A DNA stretch of 64,000 nt from Rhina ancylostomus (GCA_030265395.1 JARFYF010000036.1:29136858-29200857), one strand, 5' to 3'. Shown: positions 1 through 12,729, counted from the stretch's first letter. The notes: generated from the sequence alone by a model not told the origin. Translations and numbers: made by a program.

Positions 1-956
1 TTGAAAGTCTGTGACCAGTGGTGTACCACAGGATTCAGTGCTGAGACTCTGTTTGTTATTTACACAGATTTGGATAGGAATGTGATAAGTATGATTTGAT
101 AAGTTTGCAAATAACATGAAAATTAATGTTGATGGTGAGGAGGATAATTTTGCAGAGCTATTGATCAGCTGGTAAATTGGGTAAACAATGACAAATGGAA
201 TTTAATACCAATGAGTACGAGCAGATGCATTTTGGGAAGTCTAATAATGCTAGCACATCGTTCTGGTTGGGTCCTAGGGACTATAAAAGTCCATGGACCC
301 CCAAAGGTAACAGCACAAGTAGATGGTGATGTAGGTGGTTTTCAGGATGCTGGCCATTATAAGCTGGGGCATAAAATATAACAGCATAGAAATCATGATA
401 AAACTTTATTAAAATCTGTTAGGCCACAGCTTGAGTATTGTCTGCATTTCTGGTTGCCACACCATAGGAAGGACATGATCCCACTGAGAGGGTGTGGAGA
501 GGAATTTCCAGGATGTTGCCAGGGATGGAAGGTTTGAGTTATGAAGGGAGACTGGATTGGCTGAGCTTGTTTTCCCTGGTATCAAGGAGGCTGAGGGGAG
601 ACTTCCTAGAGGTATGCAAAATTATGAGGCATAGATTGGGTGGTTAGTGAGAAACTTTTGTCATGACTGAAATGTCTAAAACCTGAAAGCAAGGGTTTAA
701 GGTGAAAAGTAAAAGTGTTAAGAAGGTAAGAAGGAATCTGAGAAAATATTTTTTTTCAAAGGGTGGTTGCAATCTGAGTGCACTGCTCGAAAAGTGGTGG
801 CGGCTACTCTCAGAACACTGAAAAAATTATCTGGATAGGCATATAAATCTCCAAGGCATCAGAGGCTGCAGACCAAGTGCTGTTAATATTACTGTAGATG
901 GGTACTTGGTGGTCGGCATGGATGTGATGGTTTGCTGTGCTCTGTGACCCTATGAT
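1..956 (+). mobile_element. CR1 (HER1-like) LINE, decayed 3' portion of ORF2 (RT) plus 3' UTR
   Basis: Starts with KSVTSGVPQ(G)SVL-like codons (tctgtgaccagtggtgtaccacagg) and a degenerate KFADD motif (aagtttgcaaataacatg). Continues through RPQLEYCLHFWLPHHRKD and GLSYEGRLDWLSLFSL. Ends in a CR1-type tail (ctgtgctctgtgaccctatgat). Many stops and frameshifts. Confidence 0.9.
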
Positions 957-2758
957 GTACAAAGTTGATGATGGATTTAATGCCCATCAAAGCAGTCTGT
1001 TAATGTATTTTCAGCTAATTTATTGAAAACCCACCTGTCAGCATGAAGCTCCACAGGGTTCTGCTGTCACACAGGGCCTTATCGTTGAGGATCATGATGA
1101 ACTGTAAGCTGACACCAACTGCTCCATGGGAGGTATGTTTGCACTAAACCTTGCGGATCAGCAGAGAGTGGGGATTGTTCGCCACTGACAGAAAGTTCTA
1201 GCCAGTCTTTAATTATTACGTTGTACTTTCCACAAACTTGAGGTTACCTAAAACTTTTAACATGCCTCTTAAAACCTAACTCATCTGTCCTAATATATTG
1301 AAGATACTGTATAAATGTTCTTCTGCTGTAAGTCAGAGGCACACTCATTGGCCCATATATGGTCAAAATATCTAATTGATGCTGGTTAAAAAGGAAAAAG
1401 AAAACCAAGTGAATTGCAGATCGACCTCTTTTTCAAGAGTGTTTCAGCACTATATGTACAGCATGTACGACAGCTTACTGTTATGAACATGCACAAGATG
1501 TAGGCTTTTACTGATCAGTCAGGGATAATATGCCTCACCTTGCTACTAAGGAAGTTAAAGCAGGTAGACTTATAGACATTCAATACTAAAGGTTATTGTG
1601 AGAAATGTGAGCATGTGGTGTAATGTAGTAGCCTTTTGATTTTAGTTCTGAAGGTAGCTGTGACATAAAAAATAAGTTGGCAGTAGAGACCAGATTCACT
1701 GATTAGTGTGATAAGTGGTGTTTCCTCAGGTTTTGCACATGGGTCTCGGACTCAATGTGGCACAGGAGTGGAAAGATCACACTAAATTCAGAGTAAATAA
1801 TTAAAAAAAGACATGGTTTCTGCTATCAGCAATGATATGGCTGTTCTCATCATTGTCCTTGAAGAAAACTGCCCACAAAGATCCATCAAGCTTTGCAATA
1901 TGGATTTACCTTTCTTGGCATTAGTAGTTTAGAGAATCAATTCCAGGGCATGTCTGTTGTGGGAAAATGTTGACCACATAAAACCAAAAGTATTGGGCTT
2001 AATCTATCTGGATTTGGTACTTTTGGACCTGTCGCTCATGGTCTCCCCTCCGCCCTGCCCCACCCCACACTTGCATTTCTGAGTCCGATGTAGATGACCA
2101 AGCACCCTGTATGCATCAGATGAGGCTTAGCGAGGCCTCAATAGTGAGTAGGCCTGAGATGACTAAAGTCCTGTCGCTTGAATATCCTGATAGTCTTTTT
2201 GCAAGGATCAAGGCTGGAGACAGATTCTTACTTCCTGAGAAGGTTATCAAGGCTTTNNNNNNNNNNAATGTATTAAAAAAATAAAAATACATTTTATTAC
2301 TGATAAATAAAACACATTAGAGTAAAATAATATCATAAGGGGGGAAATAAAGAACTTGCCTTTTTCCCATTTCATCTGTGGAGCTGGGAATCATTATGAA
2401 AATTAATGGGTCACTGCTCCAATGCAAGGCCTGCCCATTGTCCAAAGTAAGATAGGGGACACAGATTCCTGACATGGAATCCTCCAATGGAGCAGAATGG
2501 CAGATGCTGTGATGGCCATCACTCAATATTTTCCAGAACTGCAGCAGTTCCCATTTGGTCAAGGAAATATTTAGCTATGGATGGCAAATCAGGAGGGAAA
2601 AAGCTCAGATTCTGTCCCAAATTTTTTTTAAAACATTATGCAAAGTGCAAAATAAAGACTTGTATGAGACATCTGATTTTACAGCAGAAGATAATATAAA
2701 TAAGTATAAAATTTTGAAATATTTAACTGAGGGGAATCTTTAGCGGTTATGGTTAAGT

Positions 2759-3003
2759 NNNNNNNNNNNNNNNNNNNNNNNNNNNNNNNNNNNNNNNNNN
2801 NNNNNNNNNNNNNNNNNNNNNNNNNNNNNNNNNNNNNNNNNNNNNNNNNNNNNNNNNNNNNNNNNNNNNNNNNNNNNNNNNNNNNNNNNNNNNNNNNNNN
2901 NNNNNNNNNNNNNNNNNNNNNNNNNNNNNNNNNNNNNNNNNNNNNNNNNNNNNNNNNNNNNNNNNNNNNNNNNNNNNNNNNNNNNNNNNNNNNNNNNNNN
3001 NNN
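2759..3003. other. Assembly gap (245 N). Other gaps: 2257-2266, 7889-7898, 8247-8346, 9800-9806, 12050-12059, 14964-14986, 26741-27233, 28147-28156, 36343-36352, 38003-38102, 47726-47735, 55332-55394
   Basis: Runs of N seen directly. ORFs in the track that span them are artefacts. Confidence 0.99.
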
Positions 3004-5489
3004 ATTTTAAGTGTTTATATCTCACTATTACTCCATAGCAAATTCCAGGCCAGGTATTTTTACCCTTAGCTTGGGGTACCAGATTGAGAGAAAAATGTAT
3101 TAGGCAATTTTAACATCTTTGATATTAAAAAAAATTCCTGTCAAAGTGCCAATCATAGGTGTAACTGCTAGTACTTCACAGAATGTTTAATGAAGAGCAT
3201 GTTTCACATACTGAACACAATGCAGGGGCTTGTAGATAAAATATGTGGTATTTTTGCATTGAAAATATGATTCTGAAATAATGCATCTTAATAAAATGGA
3301 TAACTAATCCAAGAAAATCTTCTGATTTTTAATATGTGCAAAATAGCAAACTGGGCTATGAATCTCTTAGAAAATTTACATTAGAAAATTTAAAATTTTC
3401 ATTCATTACTAATGAATAAAAACCAAAGTATCAGGTGATTTGGTAATAGAATATGGGATTATGCTGGTGATTTCTGCAATGCAAGTTCTTAATCTTGACA
3501 GGACTGGCAAACAGGAAAAATGCAAATTTTATCATTCTAGGATGTTCTACAGAGCAGTTTGGACACGGGACTGGTGCGACACTTAGATTGCCATGGAATG
3601 TTGTTTCACAGCAATTCAACAACATTTGCAATTAAATGGCGGGGGAAATAAAATAGGAATTATTTTGAAAGCAGTTCCCATTGTCTGATTGTTTCTGTTA
3701 AGCAAATAAAATCAAAGGTAAATTAACATTTGAAGATTGAATTGGTTTGTGAACAATTGTTTAAATGCATAAAAGTGATCATTAACTGACATGTTTTATA
3801 TTTTGTGGGGAAAACAACTGTTGCATGTAAAGCCTGTGAAGCATTTTAGAAGATTTTCAGATATTTTTAGAATTTACATTCGGCTTGGGCTTTGATTCAC
3901 TGAGGGTACTCTTTCATTCTAAGTTTCTGCTTGTTGACCTGAACTTGCTTTTCATCAGATCAACTGTCACTACCAAGAAGAATACAGAGTGCTGGCACAC
4001 AAGTATGTGAGCCTGACTCTTTTATTTCCAGGAACATTATATTTGCATTTACAGTGCTCAGCATGAGACGGAAAGATTTTAAGTGTTGCTGTTGAAATTC
4101 TGTAAGTGGCTGCTTTAGAATATGAATAAACTGAGCTTGGTGCTGAAAGCAAACCCCATTAAAAGTATCTGAGAATTTGCTGTTTATTGAATGCTGTCTG
4201 ACCCCAATGGGCACTTCTTTTGACTGTCTTGAGGTAGCTAAGAGAGAGGCCACCAATTTTTTTTGTCTCATGAAAGGAAAAGACCACTTTGCACAATTCT
4301 AATTCTGATTGGAAATATATATCTAATCTGGTATGCTGCTTTAATAATTTTAAAAAAATACCTTGGATTAAGAAAATGATGCAACTTTTCAGTGCCATTT
4401 GAGAATAATGATGGCATTGGGACCAAAGAAACTCTCTGATTTGTGCTTCTAATGACAGTAAAAATTAAAGTTGGTTAGCTTTGGTCAGTGGTTGAACAGC
4501 CATATTTACTGCCATGCTACAAACTGAAAACCTACCCTGACTCTCTCATGGATTAATCTGCCTCTTTCCCTCTCCTCAATGCACGCACACGCACACACTA
4601 TCACAATATAAATGTTGGTTACTCTCTATATTGGAGAACCAGAAGCTGTATTGGTGAAAGCCCAAATGTGCTGCCTGGCAACACAGTGCATAAACTGAAA
4701 GTATTATATTCACTCTGCACCATAGGATGGATGAATTCCTCTGTGTTGTCGTAAATATGCATGAATTTCACTCAATTCAGCCAAAGAATTTTCATTGGAA
4801 CTTTGGATCACACAAGCATTAATACCCAGAAATACTCATCAAATGCTGTGCAGATCCCTTGATGGTATTATGATACTGTGTTGGGTACCATATATTGCAT
4901 GTTCTCAAGGAGGAAAATGTACCAAAATTTTGCTAATCTTTTAATACATTGTAACTTGGTATTAGGTCCTTCAAGAAAACAGGAAACAAAAATAAAGTTC
5001 CATACATTTTTACATTGAAAAATTTTATCATTATTTGCAAAAGTATTTTGATTCAAAACTGAGTTTCCATCTAGTGCAATGGATATATTGACCTTGTATC
5101 CAACCAGAACCTTATATCCAAATTGTGTGTTTTTAATTTCCTGTTGAAGTACTGAAGACTGCAGTCAGCTGGTCAATTCTTTTAAATGGCTGTGCAAGTT
5201 AAAAAAAAACTAGATCAGTTACCTTGGAGAATGTAGATAATTGTGAGACACTATCCATTTGTGCTTCAGTTCCTTTGTGGAGCCACAAGCTTTCCTGCTT
5301 TGGAGGATGATTGACCTATTTAATAGCAAAGCCACTTTTTGCAGCGTTGCTAGAGTATTGAATATCTGATTGCAATGTACTGATAGAATCAATTCCTTTT
5401 GCTGAACAAATTTCCATATATTTGAATCAGAAATACTGAATTTAGATTTAATGCTGTCCTTTAAGAAATATGACAAGCCAAATCATTCT

Positions 5490-5735
5490 TTGCCTCTTCA
5501 TGGGAACCTGAAAATGTCATTCCTTGTGGAGGAGTACTGCTTGGATTCTGTTGAAGGTAAATGCTTCAGCCAACAAAAATAAAAACAGATTTGCCAGCTA
5601 TATACTCGCTTGCTGTTTAGACATTACTGTGACTCGGTTGCTGTGTTCTTGCATAAATTGGATTGCACTTCATACATAATTGATATGATTGAAGCATCTT
5701 GAGATACTTGATACGATGGCATGCAAAGAGAAATT
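5490..5735 (+). mobile_element. Highly decayed DeuSINE (SacSINE1-like) relic
   Basis: Degenerate match to the recalled shark Deu-domain SINE body and tail (aaaacagatt...ttgctgttt...ttgctgtg...attgcacttca...gaagcatcttgagat). Confidence 0.35.
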
Positions 5736-7790
5736 ACTTAAGTCTCAGTTACAGTTCATTCATCTCAATTTTATTATTTTCAGTGATTTGGAAATGTAAT
5801 TGTACAGCACTTTATATCCAGGCAGACAGTCTTAGTGAGCAGCTATGCCAGAATGGAGACAACGGAGTGTCCTAAAGCTGTGAGGAAGATGATTTCCTTA
5901 ACAGAAAACATCATATACCAATTTGTAGATGCATTGTGCAGAATAGCAGTACTGCAAGGTGATGGCTTTGCATCACAGAGTGCAACAAAGGTGGAAGTAG
6001 ATTTCATATCCTGTCAAATTTCAAATGATCAGTTTATCACCAGATAACATGTTCATCCCTTTACATACTTTGTAAAATGCACATTCAGGAAACAATGATC
6101 TATATTTTGAAAATCAGAATTAAGGGGGACAGGCTGCCCCCAGTCTCTACCCACATGTTATCACAGCATTGCAGCATGTTACAATATAATGTTGTACTGC
6201 AACCATCCACATCTATTTTGCAGGAATAAAGTCCATTTTTATCTGTGATTAGCTGGGCAGTGGGACAAGCCTGATATTCAATCTTGACCACATTGGACAT
6301 AGTGGGATTAATGACCTCCTTCTGTGGCATATGTTTCTGAGTCTTTCTAATTTCTAATTGTATGATATCTGCACAGTGAACTGGTATTTTCAGATCTTGT
6401 GAACTAAGCAGGCAGTACTGTTCCATTGTTTGATTTTTTAAAAATATAACTTTTCATATATATGCTCATACAACTGTTGTCAGGAGATGTGTTGCCATGC
6501 TTATTAATTTGTGCAGCATGCACGTCAACACTGGAAGTATTTATTTTACTAGTTTCCACTGTCTTTCTACTGACCTTGAACAGAATGTAGCCTCCTACAA
6601 ATGCTCTGCAGAGTTTGTATTCAAAGGCAGAATAACCATCATTAATATGAAGAATGATACAGTGAAAGGCTGCCAAGGATTCTACAGGTAGAGAATTTGT
6701 GTTTGAATTAATGGTAATGTGCTGTCATTTAGAAACGAGTACAGCGTGTTTGGAAAAAGGAATTGGCGTGTTTGGAATTGTTACTTGAATTACGCATTTT
6801 CTTGTCTTGTTAATGCGGTCTTTGAATGTTAATTACAGACTGGATTTTTGCCCATCCCTATTGAGGCCTATCTGTAGGCTTTCTATATTCTGTATGTGCC
6901 TCTGTCATTCTGCTGCTCTGTCTCTGTGGTGCTGTTTTTCTCTGTGGCATTCCATGTGATTTCAGTCTCGCTGTCTCACTTCCCTGTGGCTGTGGTTCCA
7001 GTTGAGCCTTTTGTCATTCTTCTGTTCTGTGCCAAGAATTGGCCCTCCATCTTTCAGATTTAAATGTGATTAGTCGACCAAACAAGACATACATGAGTTA
7101 ATGTAATTGCTGCCACCCTCAATTTCTCAAATCAGATCAATGCTTGACATTGCCTCGGTTTAAAATATAATTAAAATGATATACTTGCCGTCAGTTGAAA
7201 TTACCATTTGTGTACCTTGTATATTTCTAGCACATACATCAAAGTAAATGTTAAAAGTAGGTTCATTTAAATTTTAAAAAAATGTGAAATGAGATTTTCA
7301 TGCTTTGAGTCATGGTACAATGCAGAATGCACAGTATTTTAGAAGTTGCATGATACTTGCAAAAAAACATTGAAAATTAGGCAAAGATTGAATTATAATT
7401 ACTAATACAAATGAGACAAATTTTAAGTACTTGAAATGCAAAGAGCTAGAAATGTGCACCACCATTGAGATGGAGCACAGTTTTTTTTCCCCAAGGCTTC
7501 TGGGCTGTTGGTATAGATTCCATAAGTCGGTTGTCCTGAGTTCTTTCAGAATATAAAGAATCAAAAGCATTAGCAGTAAAAGATTATCTTGACAGATTGC
7601 ACCAGCACTGTGCTTCATGGTAATGTCCTTATACATTATATTTTAAAAAAAGAAAAACTGCTTTTATCTTAAAATGCATGTAAGATGCAGCAATTCTTCA
7701 TATTTACTTTCAATTCCAAATGCATAAATTTTAAATAATCTGCAAGAATGAGGGGCAGAAAACACCATCAAGACAACCTGCCTCATTATT

Positions 7791-7888
7791 TTGATGAAGG
7801 ATCTTTGACCTGAAACATTAAACCTATTCCATCAATCCTGCCTGACTTGCTAACAGCATTTTCTGCTTTTACTTCAGATTTTTGAGCA
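7791..7888 (+). mobile_element. Penelope-like element terminal-repeat fragment with degenerate hammerhead core
   Basis: ttgatgaagg..gacctgaaacatta (CUGAUGA/GAAAC-like), then ctgcctgacttgct..cagcattttctgcttttacttcagatt. The same family recurs at 8830, 11753, 32782, 33920 and 36795. Confidence 0.7.
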
Positions 7889-8049
7889 NNNNNNNNNNGT
7901 TTCTTTTTTTTCCTCAATTACTGCCTCTTTATTGATTCAGTGACAATTTATGCATCCATGAGCACCATATAATCTGCAATAAAATATACATACCTGCTTT
8001 GAATGACTCAAAACGGTGGCAAATTTTGGCACAGCCATTTCATCCTTTC

Positions 8050-8160
8050 ACCATTTTTATTTTCAAAAGGCATCTAATTGCTTTTTGAACCAATCAGTGA
8101 AGTTTGGTTTAATGAGTGTCCATGGTAACTGATTCCATGACATTCTTACCTTCTCAGTGA
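8050..8160 (-). mobile_element. CR1 3' fragment, decayed
   Basis: catctaattgctttttgaac...ggtaactgattccatgacattcttaccttctcagtga is the reverse complement of the TxRVxxxWNxL region of CR1 ORF2. Confidence 0.45.
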
Positions 8161-8829
8161 CGGTTTAATATGACCTGCCTTATTTATAACTTGTTAATAT
8201 AATACATAATTTTGAATAACCTAATAAAAATTCAGTCTGCATAGATNNNNNNNNNNNNNNNNNNNNNNNNNNNNNNNNNNNNNNNNNNNNNNNNNNNNNN
8301 NNNNNNNNNNNNNNNNNNNNNNNNNNNNNNNNNNNNNNNNNNNNNNAATAACCTAATAAAAATTCAGTCTGCATAAATATTCAATCTATGAATGTTAGTT
8401 AATAATTATAGTACTCAGTATGTTATTATCTATATTTTGGACTCAATGGGATCTGGTTCAAAATTGCCTATGTAAAAAAAAAAATCAAAGGTTATACAAA
8501 TTAAATGAGTAGCAAAGACCTTAAAATTGTCATTCTAGCAAAATTAATGTTTACACTGCCTTAACTGGAGATGTCTAATTGGACTTAGAACACATTGTCT
8601 TGCCATAATGTTATTCAGCAGTCAGTGAATTTGAAAAGAGTGTCAAGATTGTTGAGTTGCCTCTCAAATGCTGTAACATTAGTTAAAGACAGGAACAGTT
8701 CTGCCATGATATGATGCTGATTGACATTTCAGCCAATACCAAGTTATTAAGTGAAGCTAAAAGTGGAAATTGCATTGACCCAAAATTCCAGCTGGGAAAT
8801 AAATTTGTGTTAATAATTGAAAAGCTTAA

Positions 8830-8985
8830 AAACTGCAGATTCTGGAAATTGAAATATAAACAAAAAATGCTGGAAATACTCAGCAGATTAATAAAATTTC
8901 GATGAAAAGTTATTCACGTGAAATATTAACTTTGTTTCTCCCTCCACAGACTTGCTGAATATTTGCACTATTCTCGGCTTTTATA
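8830..8985. mobile_element. Fold-back (inverted-repeat) Penelope-like remnant
   Basis: The left arm (tataaacaaaaaatgctggaaatactcagcag) and right arm (cttgctgaatatttgcactattctcggcttttata) are imperfect reverse complements. A decayed hammerhead core (tcgatgaaaag...gtgaaatattaac) lies between them. Confidence 0.65.
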
Positions 8986-9511
8986 TGAGAAAATGGTGAT
9001 TTAATTTGACCTTGAAGAAATTTGAGAAATGCAAAATGTAAAGAATTAACATCAAAGGCAGGAAAATATTTTCACACAAACAGGCTTGTTTTGGTAATGT
9101 GGAACCTTGCAGTCTGAAACAGCAATGTCAATAAGGAAATTACTTTATTCATTTAAAACTGCTAGCTTTATGATTAAACAAACTTTAATCTGGATCTCAA
9201 ATTATATTTGTTGGTAAAGGGAGCATACAAAATTTCATTTTAAATAAATATTCTACTTGCAGTCTCCCTTAACAATGGGTTTTCTTTCAGCTTCTTCTGA
9301 GCTCTTTTTCCATGAATTCTGTTCTCCCCACGTGATGCCTTGAGTAGAATTAATCTACCTGTAAATCTCGATTTCCTTGCAAATGTTTGCATAAAATAAA
9401 CAAGCTCTTGGCAAAATTGCAGCAAGTTCAATGTCATGGTTGAGAGAAAAGTGCAAAGTAAATACTCTGGGGAAAATAATTTGATTAATACATTAACTTT
9501 TGATTCTGTGG

Positions 9512-9799
9512 AACACATTACATAAGAAAATAGTAGCAGGAATAGGCCACTCAGCCCTTCAAGTCCACTCTGCCATGCAAAATGATTATGGCTGATCTGC
9601 CTGCCTCAACTCTTCTGCGCTGGTTTCCCATGGCAGTCAAAGTTATTCTTCCTCCACTTTAAAAGCCTCTTTCCCCTCTCCCCGTCTTTCTTTCCCCACC
9701 CCCCCCCCAACCCATTATTTGGGTTGAAAAAGTTCAGCCATTTACCAGCTTCAATGAGAAGTAGTTTCCATGAAACTCCTGTTTTCTCAGTTTTAAATG
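9512..9799 (-). mobile_element. CR1 3' UTR/tail fragment
   Basis: acataagaaaatagtagcaggaataggccactcagcccttcaag...atggctgatctg is the reverse complement of a typical elasmobranch CR1 3' end. Runs into a 7-N gap. Confidence 0.75.
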
Positions 9800-9806
9800 N
9801 NNNNNN

Positions 9807-11263
9807 TGGCCGCAAGAGTGGTACCAGAGGATTGAAGAGTTGTTTCCTTGTTCAAGAAAGCTAATGGGGATAATCCTGGGAATTATAGACCAGTGAGTCT
9901 GGTGTCAGTGGTAGGCAAGCTATTGGAGAGGATTCTTTGGGACCGGATTTACGAGCATTTGGAAAAGCATAGTCTTATTAGGGATAGTCAGCATGGCTTT
10001 GTGAGGGGCAGGTCGTGCCTCATGAGCCTAATTCAGTTTTTTTGAGGAGGTGACAAAACAAAAAGATGAAGATAGAGTAGTGGATGTGGTGAATATGGAC
10101 TTTAGTAGTGTTTGACAAGGTTCCCCATGGTAGGTTCATCCAGAAAGTCACGAGGTAGGGGATCCATGGAGACTTGGCTGCGTGGATTCTGAATTGGCTT
10201 GCCCACAGAAGCCAGAGGGTGATAGTAGATGGAGAATATTCTGCCTGGAGATCTGTGACTAGTGTTGTTTCACGGGGATCTGTGTTGTGACCCCTGCTCT
10301 GTGATTTTTGTAAATGACTTGGATGAAGAAGTGGAGGGATGAGTTAGTAAGTTTGCAGATGACATGAAGGTTGGAGGGGTTGTGGATAGTGTAGAAGGTT
10401 CTCATTGGTTACAGCAGGATAAAGACTGGATGCAGTGTTGGGCAGAGAAATGGCAGATGGAATTCAGTTCGGAAAAGTGTGAAATGATACGCTTTGGAAG
10501 ATCGAATGAAGGTGGAGTGCGAGGTTGATGGCAGGATTCTGAGAAGTGTGCAGGAACAGAGGGATCTTGGGGTCCAAGTCCATAGATCCCTCAAAGTTGC
10601 CGAGCAAGTTGATAGGGTGGTTAAGAAGGCATATGGTGTGATGGCCTTTGTTTGCCAGGGGATTGAGTTCAAGAGCCACGAGGTAATGTTGCAGCTATAA
10701 AACTGTGGTTGGACCTCACTTAGAGTGTTGTTCAGTTCTGGTCACCACGTTAGAGAAGGATGTGAAAGCTATAGAGAGTGTTCAGAGGAGATATACCAGG
10801 ATGCTGCCTGGATTGGAGAATGTACCTCATGAGGAAAGGTTGAGCAAACAAGGGCTCTTCTCTTTAGAGTGATACAGGATGAGAGGGGACTTGATAGAGG
10901 TGTATAAGATTATGAGAGGTATCGATAGAGTTAACAGCCAGCACCTTTTCGTCAGGGCAGCAATGGCCAATACCAGAGGACATCCACTTAAGGTTGTAGG
11001 AGGAAAATTCAGGGGAGATGTCAGAGGTAGGTTCTTTACACAAAGAGTGGTGGGTGCCTGGAATACACTGCTGGGGGTGGTTGTAGAGGCTAATATGACA
11101 GGGACATTTAAAAGACATTGGCACATGGAAGTAAGAAAAATGGAGGATGATGGGCTGTGCAGGAGGGAAGGGTTAGATTGACCATGGAAGAGGTGTTCAT
11201 ATAGTTTGGCACAAAACCGTGTGCTGAAGGGCCCGTACTGTGCTGTACTGTCCTGTATTTTAT
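9807..11263 (+). mobile_element. CR1 (HER1-like) LINE, best-preserved copy: RT domain to 3' tail, pseudogenised
   Basis: ORF track fragments include FKKANGDNPGNYRPVSLVSVVGKLLERILWDRIYEHLEKHSLIRDSQHGFVRGRSCL, EQRDLGVQVHRSLKV and MRGDLIEVYKIMRGIDRV...RGRFFTQRVVGAWNTL. KFADD is encoded at about 10349-10363. Tail is gctgaagggcccgtactgtgctgtactgtcctgtattttata. Frameshifts and stops present. Confidence 0.95.
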
Positions 11264-11752
11264 AAGATGGTTTTCCTTGAGCTTTTCCTATTCTTACTGT
11301 GGGAATGCATTTTGTATTGATGTTGTAAGGGCAACTCTTTTGAGCAGCATCTTGCAGTGTACAAATACAGGCTACCCCCATGTAATGGCTGTTCAGGTAA
11401 GGGAAATTCATCCTTCCAGAATTCACAAATCACTCCCCAAAAATTTGAGATCCAGAATAAAATTTGCTCTTACAGAATTTATGTTGAATGTAAATATTAC
11501 GTTTACCTTCTTTTCAACTCTTATTTCTTGATGCACGAACAGATGCTGCAGTTTCATATTTTGAAAAATCGAGGTATGGAGTTAACATTATCTCTGGATC
11601 AGTGATGCAGAACTCTGGCTTTTTGTCTTGTAATTTAACCACTGCACTCAGTTGCTTTGCTCTAGAAGAGAGCTGTACAACTGATCTCCCATAAATTCCA
11701 CAACAGAAAGGTGATGAATAATAGATATTCATATCCACATGAACTTGCCTCA

Positions 11753-11828
11753 AATAAAAAAACTAGATTGTTGGAAATACTCAGTAAGTTAGGCAGCATC
11801 TATGGATGGAAGAACAGAGTTGATATAT
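11753..11828 (-). mobile_element. Penelope-like terminal-repeat fragment
   Basis: gttggaaatactcagtaagttaggcagcatctatggatggaagaacagagttgat matches the family at 36795-36915. Confidence 0.55.
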
Positions 11829-12526
11829 GATGGAGGAGACATTGCAGAAATGTTGATTATTCATAATTCTGATGTTAAAAATACGCAGTGTTGAAGCATT
11901 TAACTTCAGCATCCTTTGTCACAGGCAAGAAGGATGTGATACATCTCTGCTCATCTAATTGTATTGCTGTTCTCTTCTGGCCTTCCAGCTGTTTTTTGCT
12001 CCTGATGATCACGCTGTACAATGATTGACCCATTGTTAAATGAACAAATNNNNNNNNNNTCTGCTTATACTGAGAAAATACAGCAATAAAGGCTTCTCTG
12101 TGTTAGACCAAGATATGGCTGGTACAACAGAGATTGTTCACAACTTCATCAGCATGTGTCGTATCATGTCACTAAAAACAAGAGCAATGTCTATTGGTAA
12201 ATAAAGTCAATGCAAAAAGCAGTTTAAATCAATCAGGAATTTACAATGAACAATGACAGATTACCAGATTATTCCAAATTTCAGGTTTGTTCATATAGCA
12301 AAGTATTCAGGAGACTAAAAACTTTAAAGGGTTATTTGGATTACTGAATGTCCCCTTTTTTGCTCCCCACCCTCTTCCTTGCTCCTCATAAAGATGAGTA
12401 TTTAAGACATAAAGACAATTGTCTCTTGGTCTATTTAATAACAATATTTAATTGAGAATTCTGTAGTTGGTAGTGTTGCACTCTTATGAAAAATGGATAA
12501 AAAGGAAGAATATTTAACATGTTGTC

Positions 12527-12620
12527 GAGTCATGGAATTATACAGCACAGAAATAGGCTCTTCAGTCCACCTTGTCTATGTCAACCATCAAGTATCATTG
12601 TTCTAATCCCATCACCTACA
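12527..12620 (-). mobile_element. CR1 3' tail, or tail of a CR1-dependent (HE1-like) SINE
   Basis: gagtcatggaattatacagcacagaaataggctcttcagtccacc...ctaatcccat closely resembles the tail at 14567-14660. Confidence 0.6.
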
Positions 12621-12729
12621 TCTGATTGGGTTTTGTTTTCTTAATTTTTCATTTTATTAGCAATATGTACCTAATACATGGATCAGTAAATGTTTTAGTT
12701 TTGGTTCTGCTAAATGTCTTTAAAGAATA

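Noticed and set aside
2003-2256. Stop-free frame running into a gap, with a small tgaggctt/aggcctca hairpin preceded by cagatga
   Set aside because: No recognisable protein, and it lacks the GAAA box needed for a hammerhead.
6744-6777. 12-bp direct repeat gcgtgtttggaa x2, and aagttc-like repeats near 30870-30910
   Set aside because: Only two units or low complexity; local slippage, not a CRISPR or other array.
9848-11181. RT-like ORFs as an active or domesticated reverse transcriptase
   Set aside because: Split by multiple frameshifts and stops; an ordinary dead CR1 copy.
9512-11263. Opposite-orientation CR1 pair as another 5' inversion
   Set aside because: Each piece has its own, different 3' tail, so they are independent insertions, and a gap separates them.
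10827-11426. 199-aa minus-strand ORF
   Set aside because: Largely the antisense shadow of the CR1 ORF2 3' region; no independent protein signature.
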